DNA from: a virus
Lineage: Duplodnaviria; Caudoviricetes
Virus record (IMG/VR): IMGVR_UViG_3300021375_002481
Location: 1-52,977 of that record
DNA: 52,977 nucleotides
Reading direction: 5' to 3' (one strand)
Made by a program: the position numbers and the translations under genes. Within the stretch, counting starts at the first letter, position 1, and every line of letters begins with the position of its first letter. The notes beneath the pieces were generated by a model. That model was not told where the DNA came from, searched no databases, and saw only the letters and a program-made list of their open reading frames with translations. Positions 8,833 through 18,100 of this stretch are shown here, piece by piece.

Positions 8833-10247
8833 TACAGTTTACCACACTCATCATAAAATTCTGCTAATTCTGGAAAGGTTTCTTTAAAGTTAGTACCCCT
8901 TCGTGCATCGTGAGCTTTAAACATATTATAAAAGTTTCTACGAAGCTTATTTTTTTCTTCTTCATCCATTGGTTCATCAAACCAATCAACTATTCTTCTT
9001 ACTTTACCAATTTCAATTTGAGTAAATCCTAAGTAGTGTTCCTTCCAATCTTCAATTTCCCAAAGAGGTTTAACTGTATGTAAGGTTTCCATTTGAACTG
9101 CTATTGATTCCAATGTATCTCTCCACTCTTTCGGTAGAATCTTAACAATTTGGTGTGTTGGATATCTTAGATAAGCAGAATCTAATGTTAAAGATGTAAC
9201 CCAATGTCTATCTGGTGAGTTATGTTTTGTTTTTTGTTCAAACACCCAATCAACTAAATCTGCATATTTTGGAACAGATAATGCATTGAATGTACTCATA
9301 ATTGCAATAGATAGTTTTTTAGTACTTGAAAGTAATTCATCTACTCTTTCTTGCCATACTTCAAAATCTAATCCATTTCTAATATACTCGGCTTGGGTTC
9401 CAAACGTATCTACTGATGTGAATATTGTAAGTTCTTTTATTCTTCCACTTTCTTCTAATTCTGCTAATTTTATTTTTAATCTTTCATATAACTTATCAGG
9501 TATACCTAAGTTTGTGTTGATAGAAAGTTTTAAATTCATGTTTGGATTATCAGTTGTAAGGATATGGTCAATTACTTTCCAAAAATCAGGTGACATTGAT
9601 GGTTCACCGCCCGTAATTCTAAATGTATCCATTTCAGGATAAAGTTCTGGCCACCATTCCCAAAATGCATCAACATATGGATTTGCTTCAGAGTGTTTGA
9701 ATGGCATTTTACCAACTTCTTTGAACCACTCTAAGTTATTAAAGTTATCTGTTGTTGGGTATGCTCCATGTTTCTCTAATTCTTGTACCCAAGCAGATGA
9801 ATATTGAGGTCCACAATAAGAACATTTAAAGTTACACGCATTTGAGAATGCAACTTCTACATATTTTGGGTTGAAGTTTTTTCTCCATCCCATTTCTTTA
9901 ATTTTTTCTAAATGAGGTTTAGACCATGGTTCGAATGATTTATAAGTTCTATCCGAAAACTCAGGTCCACTATCTTCAACTCTCCAACAGTAATCACATT
10001 CATCAGGCCTTTCACCATTTAACATGGCTCTTCTTTGCCTTTTCTTGTGTTTTGTATTATGTAGAGCAGATGGATTTCTTCTTAATTCAAGAAGTGGAAT
10101 TTTATGTGGTACAGGGTGGTGACATGAATGAGTCTCTCCATTTTGTAAGTGAATCGTAACTTGAGTCCATTTTGCTAAACAAAATCCACAACCCGTTTCA
10201 TTCAATGTATCTCTAAAATCGTAGAGCTCTCCTCGGTGGTCTATCAT
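8832..10247 (-). CDS. Radical SAM enzyme with N-terminal twitch-like domain (CxAKW subtype)
   Basis: CNFKCSYC and TGGEP. N-terminal FCLAKW...SCHHP...ECDYCW. Confidence 0.9.
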   Translation of the reverse strand: MIDHRGELYDFRDTLNETGCGFCLAKWTQVTIHLQNGETHSCHHPVPHKIPLLELRRNPSALHNTKHKKRQRRAMLNGERPDECDYCWRVEDSGPEFSDRTYKSFEPWSKPHLEKIKEMGWRKNFNPKYVEVAFSNACNFKCSYCGPQYSSAWVQELEKHGAYPTTDNFNNLEWFKEVGKMPFKHSEANPYVDAFWEWWPELYPEMDTFRITGGEPSMSPDFWKVIDHILTTDNPNMNLKLSINTNLGIPDKLYERLKIKLAELEESGRIKELTIFTSVDTFGTQAEYIRNGLDFEVWQERVDELLSSTKKLSIAIMSTFNALSVPKYADLVDWVFEQKTKHNSPDRHWVTSLTLDSAYLRYPTHQIVKILPKEWRDTLESIAVQMETLHTVKPLWEIEDWKEHYLGFTQIEIGKVRRIVDWFDEPMDEEEKNKLRRNFYNMFKAHDARRGTNFKETFPELAEFYDECGKL

Positions 10248-11089
10248 ACTGAAACTATTTTATCTATAAGTATTTCCCATTGAGAATAACTGTGATGATA
10301 ATTATCATCCATATACTCTATATGAAACTCTGGATTGTTGATATCTATTTTATTATCATTTAATTGAATTGCTCTATACATCTTTTTATATTCTTGCCAA
10401 AATGTATATTCTTCTTTTGTATTAGAAACTTCTTTTAATCTTTCCAAAACAGTAGAATCCCATTTAAAGTGATGAACTTGTATAAATCCCTCACCATTAC
10501 CTATTGGGTATTTTTTCTTATGAAATTTACCCCATGAGTTTTTTCCATCTTCACCAACAACAGCATAGTGTTGTCCGTTTGTTACATCAATAGAACCTTT
10601 CATTACACAAACCTTATTTGGACACGCTCCACTCATTGGATATCTAAAAAATCCAGCGTTTGGAAATGCTTTCCATACATCTGTATATTTGTGAACTTTA
10701 GGAAAAGTTCCTTCATTCCCAACTCTATCTATAAATCCACCTGTAATAAATTCCCATCCATTTTGCTCACATTCCTTAATCATTTTACGAATGTTTTTTG
10801 GATATAAATGAAACTCATCATCATCTGCCACTATCCACCATTCATTTGGTTTAGTTTGCTTTACCTTATTATAAAGTTCAGTTACCTTTTCCCAATTAAA
10901 TTTAGGTTCTGTAACAACCATATATGGTTCGATACCACATCGGTTTACTTCTTCAAGTATTCCATCATCATCACTCTGTCTGTAAACTACAACGAAGATT
11001 TCATCTACCATTGATTCGTAATGCTTTAACATATGAGGAAACAAAGTAGTATTGTGGCCTACAACGGTAACTAAATTTAATTTTTGCAT
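10244..11089 (-). CDS. GT-A fold glycosyltransferase (GT2-like)
   Basis: MLKHY near the N-terminus, WWIVADDDEF (DxD-E) motif, and C-terminal VHHFKW. Confidence 0.7.
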   Translation of the reverse strand: MQKLNLVTVVGHNTTLFPHMLKHYESMVDEIFVVVYRQSDDDGILEEVNRCGIEPYMVVTEPKFNWEKVTELYNKVKQTKPNEWWIVADDDEFHLYPKNIRKMIKECEQNGWEFITGGFIDRVGNEGTFPKVHKYTDVWKAFPNAGFFRYPMSGACPNKVCVMKGSIDVTNGQHYAVVGEDGKNSWGKFHKKKYPIGNGEGFIQVHHFKWDSTVLERLKEVSNTKEEYTFWQEYKKMYRAIQLNDNKIDINNPEFHIEYMDDNYHHSYSQWEILIDKIVSV

Positions 11090-11856
11090 CTTTGTATAAA
11101 TGTTAATCCAGTTGAAGCTGGTTTATTTCTTTGTATTCCATTATTAAAGAAATTAAAAATTTCCCAATCATTACCCTCCTTTAACTCTTTGATTAATTTA
11201 GATGGTCCTTCTGCGTATTCTTGGTGATATCCTTCTCGAATATCATCACTTATTATATGTTCTTTTTCAAACGAAGAATCAGTATCATGTATTGATATAA
11301 TTCCATATGGTTTTAATAATTGAGAATATAATTCAAAATCATTCTTTACATCTTCATATGTGTGACCAGCATCTATATGTAGATAATCTATTTTTATATC
11401 CTCTTTTACAAAAAAATTGTAAAATGCCTCTTCGGTAGTTTTTAGTAATAATCTTGGGTCAAAGTTTTTTCTAAAAAATGAATCTTTATCGGTCCAATCC
11501 GTAAACCCTCCTACTCCATTAGATGCATCAACCAAATATGTTGAACCAATATCTCCCCAATTTATATCATTATTTCCATCAAAGATTTCAGCCTCGTATA
11601 AATCAAATCTTGCTTGTGTCATTATTCGTGGAATGAATCCACCACCACTACCTAAACATACACAAACTTTTGCACGAAGATAGTGAATAGCACTATACAC
11701 CAATAACCCATCCCCCATACTTAGTTCAGTAGCACCATGAGTCCAACGGTATTTAATGGGATTATGAACTTCATACTCTTTACCATCATCACCTTCTTTA
11801 GTGTCTAAGTTATTGGTTATGAAGTCTTTTATAAATCTTGTATTGAGAATACTCAT
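11077..11856 (-). CDS. Class I SAM-dependent methyltransferase (Methyltransf_24-like)
   Basis: VCLGSGGG motif I; IDYLHIDAGHTYEDVKNDF...LLKPYGIISIHD. Confidence 0.85.
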   Translation of the reverse strand: MSILNTRFIKDFITNNLDTKEGDDGKEYEVHNPIKYRWTHGATELSMGDGLLVYSAIHYLRAKVCVCLGSGGGFIPRIMTQARFDLYEAEIFDGNNDINWGDIGSTYLVDASNGVGGFTDWTDKDSFFRKNFDPRLLLKTTEEAFYNFFVKEDIKIDYLHIDAGHTYEDVKNDFELYSQLLKPYGIISIHDTDSSFEKEHIISDDIREGYHQEYAEGPSKLIKELKEGNDWEIFNFFNNGIQRNKPASTGLTFIQRCKN

Positions 11857-11902
11857 TTGTTGTTTTATTGCTTTTAGTGCTGTCCCCCAAACCCCCTACA
11901 AG

Positions 11903-11940
11903 TATAAATATAGAAGATTAGTAAAAACGTATATAAATAT
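11903..11940 (-). promoter_or_regulatory. Two tandem ATATTTATA putative late promoters
   Basis: Copies at 11903-11911 and 11932-11940, upstream of the methyltransferase-GT-5x radical SAM operon. Confidence 0.55.
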
Positions 11941-11961
11941 ATAAAAATATATTGAATAATT

Positions 11962-13023
11962 TTAGTAAAAAGAAAGAATTTGAGTACGGACTTGGTCAAT
12001 CCATTTTTCTTTGTTATCAAATTTTTTCATAAACTCTATAAGTTTATTTCTTTCTATTGTACGCTCTTGGTGTGAATCTTTTAAAATTCTTCTAATACAA
12101 TTATCAAATTCATTTTTTGTACTAGCTCTATATTTGTAATCACAATCAATTCCCCAATCTTTATTAAGAATTGGTAATTTTCCATAATCTACTGCTTGAA
12201 AAATAGAATAACCAAATGGTTCTCTAAAATAGGCACCATGAAATATTCCCCAATTCTTACCAAAAAATGAATAATGTATATCAGTATCCCATTGATACAA
12301 ATTAATGGTTGGTAAATTAAATTCCGAAGTTTCTACCATATTTTTAAAATCATACTGACCTGTTAGTGCGTATCCTTTTTTGATTCCATTCATCCAATGT
12401 AAACATTTTCTTGTTTCTGCTCTTGCAGCAAATCCAACCTCTCCATTATTAACATGAGTTGTTAAATCAGCAGGACCTTTAAATTCATAATAATTAGGTA
12501 AAACATATGTAAAGTTTGGATGATTTGATAGTAATTTTGAATTATTTATTCCTATCCAAATTCTTCTTTTACAAGTCATTAAAAATTCATCATACCATTT
12601 TTCATCAACCTTTGTTTGAAACTGTAATCTATCTAATTCCGGTAGTTGATTCCAAACTCCCATCATATCTTTTGGATATGCGTGTACAAAGCAAATACCA
12701 AATTTATCTTCAAACTCCCATAAATGTTTTCTCATATGATAATGAGGATGTAAAAAGTGAACCCAATTAGATTCTTCTCCCCATTTACGAGTTATTTCAG
12801 GATTATCAGCATGAAAGTGATATTTTAAACCAGTAGGTAGTGATGATGGATTAAAATTTGGTGGTTTTTTAGAATCAATAAGTAACCTAAATTTTTTTTT
12901 ATTAGGTAATGTTTTCCATACTTCTTGTAAGAAGTTATTTACCCACATGTCTGCACCACCCTGAACATTATTTCCTGCTCCGGTACAAACTAACAATATC
13001 CAAGGAGAACTTTTTTTAGACAT
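11962..13023 (-). CDS. GT-B fold glycosyltransferase (GT4-like)
   Basis: N-terminal QGGADMW; VGFAARAETRK; REPFGYSIFQAVDYGKLPIL resembles the GT4 E-x-F-G-x4-EA motif. Confidence 0.7.
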   Translation of the reverse strand: MSKKSSPWILLVCTGAGNNVQGGADMWVNNFLQEVWKTLPNKKKFRLLIDSKKPPNFNPSSLPTGLKYHFHADNPEITRKWGEESNWVHFLHPHYHMRKHLWEFEDKFGICFVHAYPKDMMGVWNQLPELDRLQFQTKVDEKWYDEFLMTCKRRIWIGINNSKLLSNHPNFTYVLPNYYEFKGPADLTTHVNNGEVGFAARAETRKCLHWMNGIKKGYALTGQYDFKNMVETSEFNLPTINLYQWDTDIHYSFFGKNWGIFHGAYFREPFGYSIFQAVDYGKLPILNKDWGIDCDYKYRASTKNEFDNCIRRILKDSHQERTIERNKLIEFMKKFDNKEKWIDQVRTQILSFY

Positions 13024-13039
13024 AATTATAACCTTTTTA

Positions 13040-13048
13040 TATAAATAT
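13040..13048 (-). promoter_or_regulatory. ATATTTATA putative late promoter
   Basis: 16 nt upstream of the ATG at 13023. Confidence 0.6.
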
Positions 13049-13064
13049 ATAAATTAAAATTTTA

Positions 13065-15170
13065 TTATTCTTGTGGAACTTCCGGTGGACCTTCACCCCC
13101 TCCTCCGTCATCAGTACCTTCATGAGTATAAGTTCTTACATAAATATCTATTGATGTTGCTGATGTTACTTGTATTTGGAAAGAACGGTCTGATGTACTA
13201 TTGTTTGTAAGTACTCTAAGAGTTTTATAAACTCCAGTTGTTCCTACTGTTGCTGTTTGGTCTGATGTTGATGTAGTACCCCCACCAGTATTCCATACCG
13301 CATTTGATGTACCTGTTGTAATTTCCCAAGTTACAGTTGAACTATAATCTTGTCTAGCGTAAATATTATATTCTCTATATTGTGATGAATTATTTGATAA
13401 TGTTACTACACTTGTATCACCATTTTCTTCATAACTAACCCCACCATAACTTACATCTAAATTAGAATCTGCTCCTGCTTGTGATAATGAAATTGTGTGG
13501 TCAGTTTCACCTGTTGCTGAAATAGTAACTGTACCTGTTCTAACTCCACCACTATTAGATGTAGCAGTTACTCCAATTGTATGAGTTCCAGCAACACCAC
13601 TTGTTGCACTTAAACTAAAACCAGTACCACTTACTGTGGCTGTCCATGCATAAGAGGTTTCAAGTGTAATATTTTCTGTTTCTCCACCTTGTATAAATGA
13701 AAGTGAAGATGGTGATGCAGTCCAGACAGTTTGAAACAATTGAGTTAATGTTGTGGTATCACTAGCACCACCTGCATTAAAAGTTAAAGTTCGTGTTTTA
13801 TTGGAAGTATCTGTATTGTTTGAGACTGGATAAACATATGCTTGGTATGTTCCACTTGAGGGTGAAGTTACTGATGCTTGGTTTGCAACAATACTTCCTC
13901 CCATCTCCACATATTGATAGGTGTATGTACTTGTTTGGTAAGTATCAACAAATCTCCACTCACTTGTATTACCCAATGTAAATGTTATACCACCACTATT
14001 ATAATTTCCTGCAGTACCAGTTACAGTTTTTGCTACACTTGTTCCACTTTGATTATAATTCCACTCAGCCGGGTCTGTTATATTTGCAGTTGCTGCTGGT
14101 GCACCACCTTGAGAAACTTGTACCGTATGAGTTGATGAATCAATTGAATCTAAAGTTACAGTTACATTTACACTTCTTGTGGATGTACTTGAGTTTGAAG
14201 ATGGATATACATAAAACGTACTATTACTTTCTTTGGTGGATGTAAAACTTGTAGAATCATCTGATATTGTGGAAATATTATAATTTGAAGTTACAGTAAA
14301 GGTAATTCTATCAGTATATGAAGAATCGGTATAAACGAAATTAGAAGTTGAATAATGAACACCTCCTATAAGATTTGTACCTGCTACTGAGAAAGTTGGT
14401 TCTCTTTGTACTCGTACAGTATCAGTTACATTTGCATCTGAAATGTTATCAGGATCAACAGTTACAGTTGCTGTTTTATCAGAAGAAGTAGAATTAGAAT
14501 CTGATTTTACTTCTATAAACTCATCACCAGTACCACTTATGTTAGATGTGGAAAATGAATTACCCGAATTATATATTCTATGAGAAAATCCACTTTCACC
14601 CGATATACTCGCAACCCAAGTTACCACACCTTCGGGGTCAGTTTCTATTTTGTAATGTTCACCTTCACCACCACCATGTCCAAAAGTCATTACACCAGTC
14701 TGTCTTACAATTGTAAGAGTAGCATCATTATCTTCTTGTTGTACTGTTAAGGTTATATTTGTTAAATCAGGTGATTCTAAAGTTATATTCCCACTCCTAC
14801 TTGTACCATCTAAAGGTTGAGCTTGTATAACAATATCAAAAGTATTATCTGTTCCTTCTGAACCAGAACCTAAAGCCACAGTAGCAAATGAAATATTTTC
14901 ATCGTTAATTTTAAAGTTACCATCCGAGGTGTAGGTTATTGTAGAAGTTTGACCACCCTTATCAGCACTGGTTATACTCGTTGGGGATATAGATAATGAT
15001 GTAGCAAAATTATCTAAACTTAATCCAAACAACTCATTCATACCATGGGGAGAGGTTAATCCAAATAATTCTGATGCTGATTCTAAATCTAATTCAGCAT
15101 TTGAACTATTACCTAACTCTTCATTGATATCATCAAATCCTATTGCGTTTCCTTCTTCTGGTAATGGCAT
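13065..15170 (-). CDS. Ser/Thr-rich virion protein with tandem BACON/Ig-like domains; probable fibre-tip adhesin
   Basis: Repeated ~90-100 aa beta modules ending in N-x-x-x-x-R-x-x-x-x-T...V-x-Q (e.g. SPSSLSF...WTATVS...RTGTVTISA...ISLSQAG). TAATG-coupled to the tail fibre gene. Confidence 0.7.
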   Translation of the reverse strand: MPLPEEGNAIGFDDINEELGNSSNAELDLESASELFGLTSPHGMNELFGLSLDNFATSLSISPTSITSADKGGQTSTITYTSDGNFKINDENISFATVALGSGSEGTDNTFDIVIQAQPLDGTSRSGNITLESPDLTNITLTVQQEDNDATLTIVRQTGVMTFGHGGGEGEHYKIETDPEGVVTWVASISGESGFSHRIYNSGNSFSTSNISGTGDEFIEVKSDSNSTSSDKTATVTVDPDNISDANVTDTVRVQREPTFSVAGTNLIGGVHYSTSNFVYTDSSYTDRITFTVTSNYNISTISDDSTSFTSTKESNSTFYVYPSSNSSTSTRSVNVTVTLDSIDSSTHTVQVSQGGAPAATANITDPAEWNYNQSGTSVAKTVTGTAGNYNSGGITFTLGNTSEWRFVDTYQTSTYTYQYVEMGGSIVANQASVTSPSSGTYQAYVYPVSNNTDTSNKTRTLTFNAGGASDTTTLTQLFQTVWTASPSSLSFIQGGETENITLETSYAWTATVSGTGFSLSATSGVAGTHTIGVTATSNSGGVRTGTVTISATGETDHTISLSQAGADSNLDVSYGGVSYEENGDTSVVTLSNNSSQYREYNIYARQDYSSTVTWEITTGTSNAVWNTGGGTTSTSDQTATVGTTGVYKTLRVLTNNSTSDRSFQIQVTSATSIDIYVRTYTHEGTDDGGGGEGPPEVPQE

Positions 15171-18100
15171 TACTTTAACCTTTTTATTTCTTCTTGTAAC
15201 TCATCTACTTTTTTATTCAGTTCTTTTATAGCTTCTATAAGTAAAGGAGTTAGTTTTTCATATCGTACTCCATAATAACCATTTACTGAATTTATTTTTG
15301 TTATATGAGGTACAACCTTTTCTACATCTTGTGCAATTACTCCAATATCTTCTCCCTTAAATTGGTGGATATCTTCATGTCCTTCTTTCCAATTAAAGAA
15401 AACTCCTTTTATTTCATTTATTTTATCAAGTGGTTTGTTTATTTCAATAATATTTTCTTTTAATCGTTCATCTGATGTTGCAAAAGCAGTAATATTACCA
15501 GTTGCAGAAATAGAACCTGTAACTGATAATGCATCACCAGTTGTTGAGGTTGGTATTCTTACTAATTTAGTATCAGTTGTTACAACTTGTAATCCTCCTT
15601 TTGTAATTTCTGTAATTGAATTATCCGATGAACCTACCATCGTTAAGGTAGGTGTACTTGTAATTCTTGGTGCACCATAATAAGCTCCAATTCTAGCACC
15701 AGTACCCGATGGTTCGGTATATGCATTAATATCTACATTGGTTATTTTTGTAATTATTCTATAATACTTACTATCTTCTAAAGTTGCACTTAATGAGAAT
15801 GATTGAGAAGTACTTCCTAAATCTGCTGTTGTACCTGAAGAAGTTTGAGATAATGAATATGACCATTCCTTTACATCAGACCAACTGGTAGAACCATTTG
15901 AACTTTTTTGTAAAACTACTTTGATTTTAGCATTAATTAAATGAATGAAAACTGAAGCCGCTACACCTAATATTTCCGATTCTAAATATTTAGTATTACC
16001 ACTATTAAGTACTGGTGCAGATATCGTTCCACTTATTGTAGCAGTTTTTCCATTATAACCACTACCACCAGTTTGGAATCTAATTGGATTTGATGCAAAT
16101 GTACTTGATGTATCTGAGGTAATTCCACTTACATCATCGTATTCTGGCGTTCCTTGAGTAGAATTAGTTCCAGTAAAATATGCATCATTAGTATTTGCTT
16201 CTGGAATCGTACCAGTTATAGATGGAGTACTAACACTATCAATTTCACTTAAGTCATTTTTGTTTTCAATATTAATCGCACCTGCTCCTACTTTTATATG
16301 AGCATTGTTTGAAGAATCACCTGTGTTAATTACAATACCAGAGCTTGGAGATGTTAGTGTTGTACCTGAGAAGTTAAAACCTGCTATCTCACCATCAGTT
16401 GCATCAACAGTACCTTGAATATTTAGAGTATCAGTACCTGCATTCCAATTTAATGAACCATTTGTACCAGCTAATAAGAAATTACCCTCATCATCCATGT
16501 AGGTTTTCCAACCACCATCATAATAACCTAAGTTTGTATTTCCTATATATAAACCTGCTGATGAAGGAGTTTGTGCTGATAGAACAAAATCTGCCGAAGA
16601 TACATCAGGTCCAAAGTTAAATTCCGAAGCACTTACCAATCCATTGGGTAATTGTTCTGAGCCACTTATAATTCCATCCGGTAATTGTCCACTACCACTA
16701 AGTATCCCATTAGGTAATTGTTCCGAACCACTAACGATTCCACCAGGTAGTTGACCAGAACCACTTATTGTTCCACCTGGCAATCCATCAGTTATATCAC
16801 TTCCAGCCTCTAAGGTAATACTACCTACAATTGATAGACTAGAACCATTCCAACTTAATTTATCTCCAAGTGAGAATATATTAGATGAACCAGATGCAAA
16901 GTAGAATGGTGTATCAGTATTATCGTAATTACCATCACCAACATAAATTCTTGAATTAGTTCCATCTAATGTTATACCATTTTCACCAACTCTAAAAGCA
17001 TTAGAGAAATATCCATTTGCTCCACCAATATTTGGTGAGTAAATAATTCCACTATCTATAAAGGTTGTTCCACTTCCATTTTGTATTGCTGTGGAACCAG
17101 ATATTACATCTGCTAAATCATCATTTACTTGATTATTTAAAGTATTTGTATATGAAAATTGTGATGCAGAATATGCCGATGCTGAAGAAAATGTGTTATC
17201 CGCTGATGTTTGTGCTAATGAAGCCGTTGCTTCAGCCAATGAAGCAGAATTGTAAGCTCTTAATGAGAACAACGATGCCGATGATAAGGTATCTGATACT
17301 GCTCCTGGTGTATTAGAAAATTCTATTGAACCTCTAATAGTTAATGAACTACCATCCCAAAGTAACTCATCTCCCAACAATCCATTTTCTATTGAGAAGG
17401 AACCAGTACCAGTATTTCCATCAATACCTAAGAAAATACCATTACCAACATTATATCCTTGTGTACCAGTTGTTGCTCCTTGGTCTATTGAAATATAAGG
17501 GTAGTTAGTTCCACCAGCGATTGTAATATTTGCTGCTGATGCTGAACCACTATTGTTTGTTCCAACATTTATATTGTTTTGTACATAGGATTCTTTGAAT
17601 ATAGCAAGTTCAGCTGCTACAAAGTTAGAACCAGTTCCTAACTCTTCCCAATAATCTGTTGATGATGATGGGTGTTGGAATCCCCCACTATCAGGTCCAC
17701 TTGAAGTAATTGCTAAATAAAATGTATCGTTATAAAGTACAGAATCTTTTCTTGCCAAAGAACCAGTAGTTACTGTATATGTTCTTGTTGTACTATAATC
17801 GCCAGTGAAAACAAGACCAGGCCCATTCGAACCTTCAAGACCAGGTTGACCATCTGCTCCTTCTCTTACAATATTATAATTAGCAGTTCTTGTTAAGGAA
17901 TATGTATCACCAACTTCATCTTTATAGGATACATTTATTTCTAATGATGATGAATCGGTAGTCATCGTACCTGCAACACCACCATATTCATTTGTTGTTG
18001 GGTTAACTTCGTTTGGTGTAATACCAGAACCAGTCACACCAATAATTTTATAAGTATTTTTAGCTAAACTATTATCATATGATACTTCTTCTCCCTCAAC

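Noticed and set aside
1797-10247. RiPP cluster (SPASM radical SAM enzymes plus small precursor peptide)
   Set aside because: No RRE/PqqD-like domain, peptidase or exporter is seen, and the neighbours are carbohydrate-active enzymes. Not excluded, but less supported than glycan tailoring.
17815-17865. Collagen-like G-x-y run (GADGQPGLEGSNGPG) in the fibre
   Set aside because: Only about five triplets, too short to call a collagen domain.
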